This document shows positions 37,159 to 47,167 of a stretch of DNA of 64,000 bases, in pieces. Origin of the DNA: an uncultured Acidimicrobiales bacterium (GTDB lineage Bacteria > Actinomycetota > Acidimicrobiia > Acidimicrobiales > SZUA-35); assembly GCA_937997485.1 (NCBI GenBank), contig CALKTH010000005.1, forward strand, positions 2,812 through 66,811. The letters are read 5' to 3'. A program made the translations under genes and the position numbers. Under the pieces are notes generated by a model that ran no database searches, had not been told where the DNA came from, and worked only from the letters and a program-made list of their open reading frames with translations. The first letter of the stretch is position 1, and every line of letters begins with the position of its first letter.

Positions 37159-38070
37159 TCAGGACTGCCACTGGGCGGCGAGCTTCATGAACTCTTCGCC
37201 AGGGTTCGCCGGAACGACGTAGCCCTCTTCGTTGTTGATGGCGTCCCAGTCCTCGGCCACGCTCTCGACCGTGATGTCGCCGCCCCGGGCCGTGCCCTGG
37301 GTGAGGCCAATGAAGAACTTGGCGATCGTGCCGCCGGCTGCGGAGTACACACAGCCCGTGGTCTCGTTGCTCTCGTGAGCGAGGTACACGACGACCGGGG
37401 TCACCATCTTCGGGTCGAGCTGATCGGCGAGCGCACCAAGGAGATCCTCGGTCATGCGGGTCTTGGCCACCGGAGCGATGGCGTTGACCTTGATGTTGTA
37501 CTTCGCACCCTCCGCGGCGAGCACCCGAGTGAAGCCGACGAGGCCCATCTTGGCGGCGCCGTAGTTGGCCTGTCCGAAGTTGCCGAGGAGGCCCGAGTTC
37601 GAGCTGGTGTTGATCACACGGCCGTAGCCCTGCTCACGGAAGTGGAGCCAGGCCGGCTGGGTCACGTAGAACGCACCCTTGAGGTGGACGTCGAGGACCG
37701 AGTTGATCTCGGCGTCTTCCATCTTGTGGAAGGTCTTGTCCCGGAGGATGCCGGCATTGTTCACCACGATGTCGACCTGGCCGAACGCGTCGATGGCGCT
37801 TTGGACGATGGCTTCGCCACCCTCCTTGGTGGCAACTGAGTCGCCATTGGCAACAGCTTCGCCACCGATGGCCTCGATCTCTTCCACCACAGCCTGCGCG
37901 GCCGAGATGGCGCCACCACTGCCGTCCACGGCACCACCGAGGTCGTTCACCACGACGCGAGCGCCGCGGCGGGCGAACTCCAGGGCGTGCTCACGGCCGA
38001 GACCGCCGCCTCCGCCGGTGACGATCGCAACTTTGCCGTCGAATCCAAGTTCCATCTGTGGTTTCTCCAT
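37159..38070 (-). CDS. SDR oxidoreductase (MFE-2-type hydroxyacyl-CoA dehydrogenase)
   Basis: TGGGGGLG, VVVNDLG, NNAGILRD, GNFGQANYGAAK. Confidence 0.93.
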   Translation of the reverse strand: MEKPQMELGFDGKVAIVTGGGGGLGREHALEFARRGARVVVNDLGGAVDGSGGAISAAQAVVEEIEAIGGEAVANGDSVATKEGGEAIVQSAIDAFGQVDIVVNNAGILRDKTFHKMEDAEINSVLDVHLKGAFYVTQPAWLHFREQGYGRVINTSSNSGLLGNFGQANYGAAKMGLVGFTRVLAAEGAKYNIKVNAIAPVAKTRMTEDLLGALADQLDPKMVTPVVVYLAHESNETTGCVYSAAGGTIAKFFIGLTQGTARGGDITVESVAEDWDAINNEEGYVVPANPGEEFMKLAAQWQS

Positions 38071-38150
38071 CTTCAGGTGTTTCTGAGAGCGGTGTTCTGA
38101 GAGCGGGGTCGATCATAGAGCGCCCCCTGTCGAACAACTAGACCGCTCGG

Positions 38151-38831
38151 TCAAGAACGCCCATCGGATGATGACTTGCGGCCGCCGAAGAGGATTGTGA
38201 GCGTCCCGGCGGCCACCGCGAACAGCGCCCCGCCAACGATGAGAAGATCACGGGTCGAGCTGTCGCTCGAACGGTCCGCACCGGTGCTCTCGAGTGGCAG
38301 AGCCTCTGCCTCGCCGTCCTCCTCGGCCCCGCCATCCTCCTCGGTCAGAGGGACGGGCTCGTTGGCGAAGGGTTCCCGAGCGGGACCGAAGGCCGCTTCG
38401 AGTGTCGCCGGCGGGACGAATCCTGTGCTGCAGAGGTCTGACGTGAATGCATCGGGTGGGCGCGACCAAGCCAACACGACGTGGGGCCCATCGATGGAAT
38501 AGCCACACGAGCCGCTGTCACCGGTGGTGTGGATGAGGGTGGACGCACCCGTTTCGCCGGCGAAGACCTCGTCCACCTCGTATCGGTACAGCACGCCAGG
38601 ATCCAGATCTGGGAATCGGGCATCGTCGAAGAGGGTCGACTCGCCGGTCTCGACGATGGCGCCGGTGAACACAAGGGGCGGTGGAGCCTCGCGGCCAGCG
38701 GCGATTTCTTCGACGTAGGTGGCCAGGTCAGACCCGCACGAGCACGCGGAAGCTGGCCGGACGCCGACGATGGCGAGGAGGGCCATGGCAGCCATAGGCA
38801 ACGCGATCCATCGTGACGTGATGATCCCCAT
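38151..38831 (-). CDS. Secreted, membrane-anchored TIMP/NTR-like protein
   Basis: Signal peptide then A-CSC, VFTGAIV, GSCGY, DLCS; C-terminal TM with basic tail. Confidence 0.65.
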   Translation of the reverse strand: MGIITSRWIALPMAAMALLAIVGVRPASACSCGSDLATYVEEIAAGREAPPPLVFTGAIVETGESTLFDDARFPDLDPGVLYRYEVDEVFAGETGASTLIHTTGDSGSCGYSIDGPHVVLAWSRPPDAFTSDLCSTGFVPPATLEAAFGPAREPFANEPVPLTEEDGGAEEDGEAEALPLESTGADRSSDSSTRDLLIVGGALFAVAAGTLTILFGGRKSSSDGRS

Positions 38832-38949
38832 CGACAGATCTTGGCAGCTCAACGGTTCGGGTGGGAGCCGCTCCGATCGAACCACCGTCGCTCCTGTCGT
38901 GGCTGAGTTGATTTGGCGGCGCCGGGCACCGCGCGTAGCGTCGGCGGCC

Positions 38950-39747
38950 ATGAGTGATGAACCGGTGCTGTATGAGGTCCAGGATCAGGTGGCCCTGATC
39001 ACCTTGAATCGCCCTGAGCGGCTGAACGCATGGAACGCTGCGCTCGGAACCGCCTACCACGATCGATTGGATGACGCTGAGGCCGATCCGAATGTGAAGG
39101 TCATCGTCGTGACCGGTGCCGGAAAGGGCTGGTGTGCCGGTGCCGACATGGACCTGCTGCAGGGCATCGATAGCGGCGGAGTGAGCGGCGCGGCCGATAC
39201 TCGAGACACCCGGCGGCACCTGGAGATCCCCAAGCCAATCATCGCCGCCATCAACGGGGCGTGCGCCGGGCTCGGCTTCGTCTATGCCCTGTCGGCGGAC
39301 ATGCGTTTCGCCGCCGAGGGCGCCAAGTTCACCGCTGCCTTCAGCCGTCGAGGACTCATCGCCGAGTACGGCAGTTCCTGGTACTTGCCGCGGCTCGTCG
39401 GCCAGTCTGTGGCGCTCGACATTCTGATGTCGGGTCGGGTTTTCCTCTCCGAGGAGGCGAAGGAGATGGGTGTGGTGAACAAGGTCTTCAGCCCGGAGAC
39501 GCTGGTGGAGGAGACCATGGCATATGCCCGAGACATGGCGAACAACGTCTCGCCCACGTCAATGGCGGTCATGAAGAGCCAGGTCTACCGCCACCCGCAA
39601 ATGACGGTGGACGACGCCGTGGCCGACTCGATTGCCCTCATGCAGGCCTCGCTCCGTCGCCCGGACTTCAAAGAGGGTGTGGCAAGTTTCGTGGAGAAGC
39701 GTGCCCCCGAGTTCGGCGCCATCGTCCCCGAAGCCCTCCCCGACTGA
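38950..39747 (+). CDS. Enoyl-CoA hydratase/isomerase
   Basis: ITLNRPERLNA, CAGADM, KPIIAAINGACAG, DFKEGVASFVEKR. Confidence 0.93.
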   Translation: MSDEPVLYEVQDQVALITLNRPERLNAWNAALGTAYHDRLDDAEADPNVKVIVVTGAGKGWCAGADMDLLQGIDSGGVSGAADTRDTRRHLEIPKPIIAAINGACAGLGFVYALSADMRFAAEGAKFTAAFSRRGLIAEYGSSWYLPRLVGQSVALDILMSGRVFLSEEAKEMGVVNKVFSPETLVEETMAYARDMANNVSPTSMAVMKSQVYRHPQMTVDDAVADSIALMQASLRRPDFKEGVASFVEKRAPEFGAIVPEALPD

Positions 39748-39842
39748 CCCCAGCCCAGACTCGCTCTGTTCATCTCTGAAGCAATCGCAACCTCGCCCCC
39801 GCCCACCATCGCTTCGTGCCACGAGATGAGGGGGAGGACGCG

Positions 39843-39873
39843 GAAAGGGCCGCCCGGGGTGGGCGGCCCTCTC
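39843..39873. terminator. Hairpin terminator between convergent genes
   Basis: AGGGCCGCCC-GGGGT-GGGCGGCCCT. Confidence 0.65.
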
Positions 39874-39933
39874 GCGTGAGTTGTTGCGATCCGTCAGCCG
39901 CTTGGGGGGAGAGCGGTGTGACGCCTTGGCAGA

Positions 39934-41622
39934 TCAGTTGGTGCCGGTGTACTCACGGAACTCAGGGCTGTCGGCGAAGAACAGCAGCATCTCGTGGCGG
40001 TTGATGTCGCCGGAGGAGAGACGGTTCTCCCAGTAGGCGAGGCCGCCGGCATCGCCGGGACGACCGAACACATGCTGGTAGGCGAGGTCGAGGAACTCAC
40101 GGTCGGTATCCACGTCCGGGAAGCGGGTGGTGAACTCATCGGAGGTCTCGAAGAAGGCGATGATGTCGGTGAGGGCCCGACCGTCAGCTGCCTGGCCCTG
40201 CCAGAAAGCGAAGCCGCCAGCATCGGGGTTGCGGCCGAGGACGGCGAGGTAGGTGCGCACCAGCGTGGCGTCGAGACCAGCAGTGTTGCGGTAGTCAGGA
40301 CGGACGTTCAGGCCGTTCTCGGAACGAACGATCAGGTCGAAGCTGGAGGCGAGGTCGCCGATGGCGTACACCGTGACGCTCTGGCCGGGCACGAGGCTGA
40401 CCGGGGCGTCGAAGAGCACGTCGGTCATGCCAGCGGCAGCGATACCGGTGGGGTAGGAACCAGCGGGGAGTTCAGCCGCAGCTTCGCCTCCGTTGCTGAT
40501 GCCGGTGAGCGGAGCGACAGCGGCGCCGCCGGCGACGATGTCAACCGTGGGGGCCTTCGCCGTGTGGCGAACCGTGACTCGACCGTTGATCGGATCAGCG
40601 ATGGTGCTGGTGTCGTTCACGAAGGCCTGGAGCGATGGCGTGCCGGCCTCGTTCAGGAAAGCGATCAGGTCGATGTCGAGGCCGGAAGGCACCGAGACGA
40701 CCTGAGAGATGGCGGCAGCGTCGGAGCGCTCAGCTGAGGTAGCGGCCGGAGCGGAAGAAGCAGCGAAGATCTCGACGGAGAGGTCGCCGGGCTGAAGGGC
40801 GAGAGCGTCGGTCACCGTCTTGGGAGCGAAGCCGGGCAGGAGCAGGTTGCCGCCGGCGTAGACGTCGACGTCGAGGCCGGGGATGCCGTGGATGACACGG
40901 ACGTCGGAGGCCACCGAGCCGAGAGCGTTGAAGCGCTGGGTGATGAGCGTGAAGCTGGAGGCGAGATCGCCAATGGCGTAGACCACGAGGTTGCTTCCGG
41001 CCTGCACGTCAACCGGAGCATCGAAGAGCACGGCGGTGGTGCCGGCAGCGGCGATGCCGGTGGGGTAGGAAGCGGCGGGAAGGTCAGCGACCTTCTCCTG
41101 ACCGTTGGCAATGTTGGTCAGCGGTGCGACGGCGGCGCCGGCGGCAACGATGTCTACGGCCGGGGCCTTGGCGGTGTGGCGGATCGTGACCCGGCCAGTG
41201 TTGGAGTCAGCGGGAGCCGACAGATCGTTCACGAAGGCGCTGAGCGTGGGCACACCACCAGCGTCGAGGTGAGCGATGAGAGACACGCTGGAGTCAGCCG
41301 GGATCGCAGCGCCGTTGACGTCGATCACGACGGCGTCAGAGCGGCCGGACGTGGTGGCGGCGGGGGAAGCGGCCTGGGCGAAGATGTCGATGTCGTAGTT
41401 GCCTGCGGGAAGTGCGAGCGGCCCGGCAATGTCCTCGGGCTCGAAGCCTTCGAGGGTCAGGTTTCCGTTGACGTACACATCAACGTTCACACCAGGAATT
41501 CCGTGGAGAACGTAGACGTCACTGGCGCCCTGGGCACTTGCGGGAACGGCGGCAACCGTTGCAAGCATCGAGAGCATCGCAATGAACGCGATGAAGAAAC
41601 GTTTCATGGTGGCAGGTCTCAC
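39934..41622 (-). CDS. Secreted protein with duplicated DUF4397-like modules and a C-terminal DUF4214-like domain
   Basis: Signal peptide; two copies of HGIPG.VDVY and RHTAKAP.VDI; YLAVLGRNPDAGGFAFW and FADSPEF. Confidence 0.82.
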   Translation of the reverse strand: MRPATMKRFFIAFIAMLSMLATVAAVPASAQGASDVYVLHGIPGVNVDVYVNGNLTLEGFEPEDIAGPLALPAGNYDIDIFAQAASPAATTSGRSDAVVIDVNGAAIPADSSVSLIAHLDAGGVPTLSAFVNDLSAPADSNTGRVTIRHTAKAPAVDIVAAGAAVAPLTNIANGQEKVADLPAASYPTGIAAAGTTAVLFDAPVDVQAGSNLVVYAIGDLASSFTLITQRFNALGSVASDVRVIHGIPGLDVDVYAGGNLLLPGFAPKTVTDALALQPGDLSVEIFAASSAPAATSAERSDAAAISQVVSVPSGLDIDLIAFLNEAGTPSLQAFVNDTSTIADPINGRVTVRHTAKAPTVDIVAGGAAVAPLTGISNGGEAAAELPAGSYPTGIAAAGMTDVLFDAPVSLVPGQSVTVYAIGDLASSFDLIVRSENGLNVRPDYRNTAGLDATLVRTYLAVLGRNPDAGGFAFWQGQAADGRALTDIIAFFETSDEFTTRFPDVDTDREFLDLAYQHVFGRPGDAGGLAYWENRLSSGDINRHEMLLFFADSPEFREYTGTN

Positions 41623-41704
41623 TTCCTCCGGCAGCGGCGGCCGGTTTTGGTTTGTCCGTCAACCCGGGGGAGAGGGCGACGGTCCTGTCACGTTGTTCGC
41701 CAGG

Positions 41705-42640
41705 TCACCCAGAGCTGGATGCACCAAATGCAGATTTGTCTCCCGGCGTCTGCCACTGGGGCTCATCGCTGCGCGGGAGACGGGTGTCGCCCGCATCCTG
41801 TCCGCTCTGTCCAGCGTCTGCTTGTTGGCGGCTCCACGACAGCGGACTGGCCTTCCAGTTGCTCTCGTGCCAGCGCAGAGGGAGTTCGAGCATCCGCCCG
41901 CCTTCACCCTCAGCCGGCGGCTCCATCGCTGCCCCGAGGCGGAGCGCTCCCTCAACGATGGTGCGTTGCGTGTCTGGATCGTGCGGTGGCCCGGCGGTGT
42001 GCCCGAGGGGCACATCGACGAGGACGGACCGCGGAGGGTTCGCGCTCGCCGTGATGGATCTCGCCGAGGTCAGCCCGATGGTTGGGATGCCGGCAGCTTC
42101 GAGGTGTCGTGCGATCAGACCGATCGACTGGTGGCAGACCGGTCAAACAGGCACGAGGAGCACCACGTCCGGCTCCTCAGCTTTCACATGTTCGAGTAGA
42201 GCGGGCACCGTCTCTTCTTCGAGCCGGCGCGTGCTGTAGATGCCGCCCATGAATCCGAAGGCGTTTGGTGTGAGCCGGCCTCGAAGGGCATCGAGGGGGA
42301 AGACACAGTTCGCATCGTTGCGGGCATCTTCTTGGTCGTAGGCGAAGTGAGCGGTACGAAGATCAGCGGTTGGCGTGTCGGTCGGAATGGCCCGGATCGA
42401 GGTGTCGTCCTTGGTGTGGAAGGCCTCTTGGCCCACGGCGTAGATGCCGCCCGAACCGATGAGCGTGATGCGGCATTCCTCGATCGGCTTGGTGATCGGC
42501 GCCCACGCTGGCGGCTCGGGGCGTTCGGCCCATCGATACGCGTCGTAGCCGAGGGAGCTGTAAAGCGACCGGGTTTCTTCGATGTAGTCCGCTGGGGGGA
42601 GCGAGCAGCTACCAGAAACAACTTCAGCATCTTCCGACAT
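41705..42640 (-). CDS. Selenoprotein of the PrdB/GrdB (reductase selenoprotein B)-like family; UGA at 42143-42145 read as Sec
   Basis: Track ORFs 42143..42727 and 41705..42013 share a frame; readthrough gives VLLVPV-U-PVCHQSIGLIARHLEAAGIPT...PPRS...PLGH. SECIS-like hairpin follows. Confidence 0.9.
42108..42128 (-). promoter_or_regulatory. Bacterial SECIS element
   Basis: CGATC-GGTCT-GATCG hairpin; loop starts 21 nt after the UGA and matches the GGUCU loop of E. coli fdhF SECIS. Confidence 0.8.
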
Positions 42641-42757
42641 TGCGCCAGTCTGGCAAACCCACGCGAGGTGTGCGCAAAGCTCGGGCGCACTTCTCGGTGG
42701 CTGCACCTCGCGGCACCGTCGCCACACGTGGAACAGCGAGCCCTCGGCGCTGCCAGG

Positions 42758-43213
42758 TCAAGAGCGGAGGCGGTTCACCATGCGTTCAGCTTCTCGATCA
42801 ATGTTCGCTTCGAGTACGCCCCGCAACGTGCCAGCGAGCGGGCGAGTCAGGAAGTTCGATCCCTGCGCGTCGAGCACGACATCAATGTCGGTCACTGCCT
42901 CTGCGTCCGAATCCTGCACATCGCGAGTCCCGGTCATGTCTGTGAGAGCGATCTCCACGCTCACGATGATCCCTTTCGCTTCTGCGCGCGCTTGCATTCG
43001 ACGAGCCTCGGCCGTGGTCACCTTTGCCGTGTCCCGGATCATGCCCAGCGGCGTGTCGATGGAGAAGGCGAACGAGGTCAGGTCTCCCACCCCGTCGTGG
43101 ACGGCATCACGCAGGTCATGCAGACCGGCCACGCCTTCCCACGACTCGGTGGACTGGAGCCGCTCCCACACGACCATGTGCGGTTGGTCAACTCGTAGCG
43201 TTCTCTTTGGCAT
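42758..43213 (-). CDS. Hypothetical protein, possibly SRPBCC/CoxG-like
   Basis: VVWERLQ...W; size and beta-rich pattern; follows the acyl-CoA synthetase. Confidence 0.55.
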   Translation of the reverse strand: MPKRTLRVDQPHMVVWERLQSTESWEGVAGLHDLRDAVHDGVGDLTSFAFSIDTPLGMIRDTAKVTTAEARRMQARAEAKGIIVSVEIALTDMTGTRDVQDSDAEAVTDIDVVLDAQGSNFLTRPLAGTLRGVLEANIDREAERMVNRLRS

Positions 43214-44834
43214 ACGCCGTCCACTTCTTGTAGTCGATCTTGCCGTTCGGGGCTCGGGTCAGCGACGGCACGGCGTGCACCACGCGGGGAGCTTTGTAGG
43301 TCGCAAGCGCACCCTTCACATGCTCGATGATGGCATCGCTGTCGATGCCCTCGGTGCCAGCCGCCGCAGTGGGCTCCACCACAGCGTTGATCACCTGGCC
43401 GAAACGCTCGTCGGGCAGGCCAACCACGATGGCGTCGACGATGTCCGGGTGTGTCTTCAGCACTTCCTCCACCTCTTCGGGGAAGACCTTCTCGCCGCCG
43501 GTGTTGATACACACCGAACCACGGCCCAAGAGTGTGATCGTGCCGTCGGCCTCGACCGTTGCGAAATCGCCGGGGAGTGAGTAGCGCACTCCATTGATGG
43601 TGGGGAAGGTGGCGGCGGACTTCACCTCGTCCTTGTAGTAGCCAACCGGCATGAGTCCCTGGACACCGACTCGGCCGATGTCACCTGAACCGGGCTGTAC
43701 GAGCTCGCCATCCTCGCGAACCACAACCGCTCGGTCGCCGAGCTGGAACTTCGCCGTGGTCTGCACCGAATCCTTGGTTGAGTAGCTCGCGCCCATGCCC
43801 AACGCTTCGGAGCTACCGAGTGAGTCGAAGATCGTGAGCTGGGGGATGTGTTGGATGAGGCGGTCCTTGATGGACTGGCTCCACATCGCCCCGGAGCTCA
43901 CGGCCAGAAGCACGGAGGACAAATCCCAGCGGCCAAGGTTGCTGTCCAGCGCCTCGAGGATCGGGCGAGCGAAGGCGTCGCCCACGATCACCATCACGTT
44001 GACTCGCTCGCGCTCGACCGTGTCGAGCATGGCAATGGGGTCGAGCTTGCGGTTGGGAAGCGTCACGATGCAGCCGCCCTGCAGCAATGCGTTGAGCGCC
44101 GTGACCTGGCCGGTGCCATGCATCAGCGGCGCTCCGGGCATCGTGGTCGGCGCGGCCTCGCCAGCTGCGGCGATGGCGGCCTCCCATGCCTCGATGTCGG
44201 TCTCGGCATCGAGCGGAACGGCGTGGGTCCGAGAACCCAGCTGGATCAGCGTGTCCTGCTCCCACATCACACCCTTCGGCATGCCGGTGGTGCCGCCGGT
44301 GTAGAGGAACCAGCGGTCGCCAGGGGATCGGCCTCCCTCAGGCTTCACCGCATCCGAGGTGCCAGCGTCGGCCGCGTCGCTCCATGTGGTGGCCCACTCA
44401 GGGCACGCCGCTCCGCTCTCGTCGGGGACGAACAGCCAGAGCTTGACCTTGGGGCACTGCTCCCGAATGCGTTCCACGATGGGAAGGAAGACGCCGTGGA
44501 ACATGACGCACGCCGCGTCGGAGTTGTCCCACAGATAGAGCAACTCGTTGTCGGCGTACCGGTAGTTGGTGTTGACCGGGACCAAGGACGCCTTGAAGCA
44601 GCCGAACACGCCCTGCATGTACTCGGCGCAGTTGTAGAGGTACTGAGCCACCTTGTCCTGTGGCCCGAGGCCAGCGTCCAGCATCGCCTGTGCGATGCCG
44701 TTGGCCCGCCGATCGAACTCGGACCACGAGATGGTCTCATCACCATGAACTTGGGCCCGCTGGTCGCCCCGTATGGCGGCGCACCGTTCCCAGAGATCAG
44801 CGAAGTTCCAGCGAGCAGTCTCGACAGCGGTCAT
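43188..44834 (-). CDS. Acyl-CoA synthetase (FadD19-like)
   Basis: YTGGTTGMPKGV, PLMHG, CINTGGEKVFPEEVE, NGKIDY. Confidence 0.93.
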   Translation of the reverse strand: MTAVETARWNFADLWERCAAIRGDQRAQVHGDETISWSEFDRRANGIAQAMLDAGLGPQDKVAQYLYNCAEYMQGVFGCFKASLVPVNTNYRYADNELLYLWDNSDAACVMFHGVFLPIVERIREQCPKVKLWLFVPDESGAACPEWATTWSDAADAGTSDAVKPEGGRSPGDRWFLYTGGTTGMPKGVMWEQDTLIQLGSRTHAVPLDAETDIEAWEAAIAAAGEAAPTTMPGAPLMHGTGQVTALNALLQGGCIVTLPNRKLDPIAMLDTVERERVNVMVIVGDAFARPILEALDSNLGRWDLSSVLLAVSSGAMWSQSIKDRLIQHIPQLTIFDSLGSSEALGMGASYSTKDSVQTTAKFQLGDRAVVVREDGELVQPGSGDIGRVGVQGLMPVGYYKDEVKSAATFPTINGVRYSLPGDFATVEADGTITLLGRGSVCINTGGEKVFPEEVEEVLKTHPDIVDAIVVGLPDERFGQVINAVVEPTAAAGTEGIDSDAIIEHVKGALATYKAPRVVHAVPSLTRAPNGKIDYKKWTAYAKENATS

Positions 44835-44901
44835 TCGCAGGTTCTAGCCGCGACGGTGACTGCCGTCACGTTGGCGGGCCCAAAGGCTCGCCAACGGTGG
44901 A

Positions 44902-45513
44902 TCAGATGCCTGAGTCCTTGGCTGTTCCGATGTTCGGGATGTCGTCTTGACGCTCCAGCATGCAGATGACTTCGCGGTCGTTGATCTCGTTCCAACCCTC
45001 TTCGGTCGGGGTGAGGGGCTGGATGTAATAGAGCGACTGGGCGTACTCGATGCCCACGTAGGCGTCGAAGCGCTCGAGGCAACCGGCCTCGGTCTGAGCG
45101 GAGATTTCTTCCGCTCCGGGCCAGTCGATACCGATGATGTCGAACTTGGCGTACACCTCGAAGAGGTGCTCCTCAGCGCAGGAGATCTCGTCCAGCGTGC
45201 GGACATCGCTGCCGGTGTTGCCCTGGTAGCAGAGCCCGATCTCGAGGTCGAAGACGGATTGCTCTTCGGTGGTGGGGGGAGCGGTGGTCTCTTCGCCTGC
45301 GTCGTCTGCGGCCGCGTCTGTGGTGGCAACGGGGACGGTGGTGGGCGCCTCGGTGGTCGGCGCTTCCGTCGTCGGGGCCTCGGTGGTTGGAACGGTGGCG
45401 ACAGGGACCGTCGTGGCTGGTCCGGCGTCTTCTCCTCCGCCACAGCTGGCGAAGAGCAGAGCGAAGGCGGCGAGAGCCATGGCTCCGCGCTTGGTGTTGG
45501 TCGGGTTGCGCAC
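44902..45513 (-). CDS. Septum-formation-domain lipoprotein with PTTEA linker repeats
   Basis: Lipobox FASC; SVFDLEIGLC, CAEEHLFEV, PTEEGW...DREVIC. Confidence 0.8.
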   Translation of the reverse strand: MRNPTNTKRGAMALAAFALLFASCGGGEDAGPATTVPVATVPTTEAPTTEAPTTEAPTTVPVATTDAAADDAGEETTAPPTTEEQSVFDLEIGLCYQGNTGSDVRTLDEISCAEEHLFEVYAKFDIIGIDWPGAEEISAQTEAGCLERFDAYVGIEYAQSLYYIQPLTPTEEGWNEINDREVICMLERQDDIPNIGTAKDSGI

Positions 45514-45608
45514 GGGTGTCCTCGTTGGTTGATCGAAAGGGATGAGCCGTGGGAGCAGGCTCAACCTCTTTTGTCATCGGAGCCCGAAGAGCCCAGGTTG
45601 AGAACTTG

Positions 45609-46595
45609 TCAGCCGAGTCCGTCGATGAACGCAGCAAGTGCAGCGTTCGTTTCCTCGGGGCGCTCTTGGCTGACCCAGTGGCCGGCGCCCTCGATCAGTG
45701 TGGTGCCTCGGAAGTCGGCCATGGCCGCACCGGGGTCGGCGTACAGATCCATGCCGGGCACGAAGTTGCGCACGATGTCCCGGCTGCCCGCAATGAAGCA
45801 TGAGGGTTGAGCCAGTGTTGGTGACCCCACACCCTCGATCTCGGCGCCGTCCAGCGCCTGCGCCCGATAGCGGTGGAAGGCGCCGTGCATCGGACGATTC
45901 AGGTGAGCGTCGATCACTGGTTGGAGCGCATCGCCGGCCATCCACTCGGGTGCCGGGTCGGGGTCGATCAGGCCGTCGAGGAATGCGTGATCGGCGGGTC
46001 TCGGCGCGAGCCACAGGTCGTCCGGTGCGTCGCCCGATGCTGCGTAGTAGGTCTTGCGAATGGCCGCTGGGAGGTCTTCCGCGAACGCCGCCTCGGCCAC
46101 ACCAGGCTCCTGGAAGTACTTCATGTAGAAGTACGCATCCGGGTAGACCAGGTCCCAGATCTCCATCGGATCCCCGGCCGCAGCGGGACCGTACGGCACG
46201 CTCAGCCCGGCGACGGCGGAGACCTTCTCGGGGTAGAGGCGAGCCAGGTTGTGGGCAACCGGAGCGCCCCAATCGTGTCCGAACACAATGGCTGCGCCGT
46301 CGGCGGAGAGCGCCTCGATCACCGCGGCAGCATCACCGCAAAGTTCGGTCAGGCGATACGCCTCGATCGCTTCGGGGCGAGAGCTCTCGCCGTAGCCCCG
46401 CACGTCCATGGCTGCCACCTTGAAGCCACGCTCGCTGAAGTGAGCCATCTGGAAGCGCCAGGAGTGCCACGTCTCGGGCCACCCGTGGATGCACAAGATG
46501 AGTGGTGCGTCCTCCGCTCCGACCACCGCGACGTTGAGATCGATGGGGCCGTGATCGGCCGACTCATGATGGACGAGAGTGAAGCGAGGTTCCAT
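45609..46595 (-). CDS. Alpha/beta hydrolase (epoxide hydrolase-like)
   Basis: HGWPE, DVRGYG, GHDWGA, GAGHWVSQE. Confidence 0.92.
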   Translation of the reverse strand: MEPRFTLVHHESADHGPIDLNVAVVGAEDAPLILCIHGWPETWHSWRFQMAHFSERGFKVAAMDVRGYGESSRPEAIEAYRLTELCGDAAAVIEALSADGAAIVFGHDWGAPVAHNLARLYPEKVSAVAGLSVPYGPAAAGDPMEIWDLVYPDAYFYMKYFQEPGVAEAAFAEDLPAAIRKTYYAASGDAPDDLWLAPRPADHAFLDGLIDPDPAPEWMAGDALQPVIDAHLNRPMHGAFHRYRAQALDGAEIEGVGSPTLAQPSCFIAGSRDIVRNFVPGMDLYADPGAAMADFRGTTLIEGAGHWVSQERPEETNAALAAFIDGLG

Positions 46596-46651
46596 GCCGT
46601 GATCGTGACACGTCAATCTGCGTTCGTCGCCTCGACGTGCCAGCCTGGCTC

Positions 46652-47167
46652 ATGGTCGATCGCGCAAAACTCCTCCGTCATCTCGCCAAACAACGTTCGG
46701 TGCTCGAGTCTCGCTACCGAGCATTCGATGCCGAGGAGCTCCTTGCGCCCTGCACCACAAGCGAAGACCCTGGCGGCAAGGATTGGACGCCGAAGGACCA
46801 CCTTGCACACCTTCTCCGGATCGAAGAGGCGTTCCTCGGAATGGCCCGCCTCACGGTGGAGGGCGACACCGCCCCGATCAAAATCCCGGGCTCCTCGTTC
46901 GAAGAACGGCTTGCCGCTGTCCATCGTGCGAACGAAGCGCACATCGCCGATCACGCGGATCGGTCGGTGGAGGAGCTTCTCGATCTTCTTGCTGATGCGC
47001 GGGAAGCAACCGTGGCGTTCATCGATCAACTCTCCGACGAGCAGCTCGCTCTTGATATGCCAGGGGCGCCGTGGGGCGACGGAACGATCGCTGGAGTGCT
47101 CCACGCCAACTCGCTTCATGAGATGCAACACATCGCTTGGGTGGACGAGGGGCTGGCCGCTCGCTGA
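46652..47167 (+). CDS. DinB family protein
   Basis: WTPKDHLAHL, HEMQH. Confidence 0.85.
   Translation: MVDRAKLLRHLAKQRSVLESRYRAFDAEELLAPCTTSEDPGGKDWTPKDHLAHLLRIEEAFLGMARLTVEGDTAPIKIPGSSFEERLAAVHRANEAHIADHADRSVEELLDLLADAREATVAFIDQLSDEQLALDMPGAPWGDGTIAGVLHANSLHEMQHIAWVDEGLAAR

Noticed and set aside
42143-42145. Nonsense pseudogene or two separate genes
   Set aside because: The stop is UGA at a UxxC site, followed by a SECIS-like hairpin and an intact frame.
45330-45410. DNA tandem repeat
   Set aside because: Explained by the PTTEA linker of the lipoprotein.
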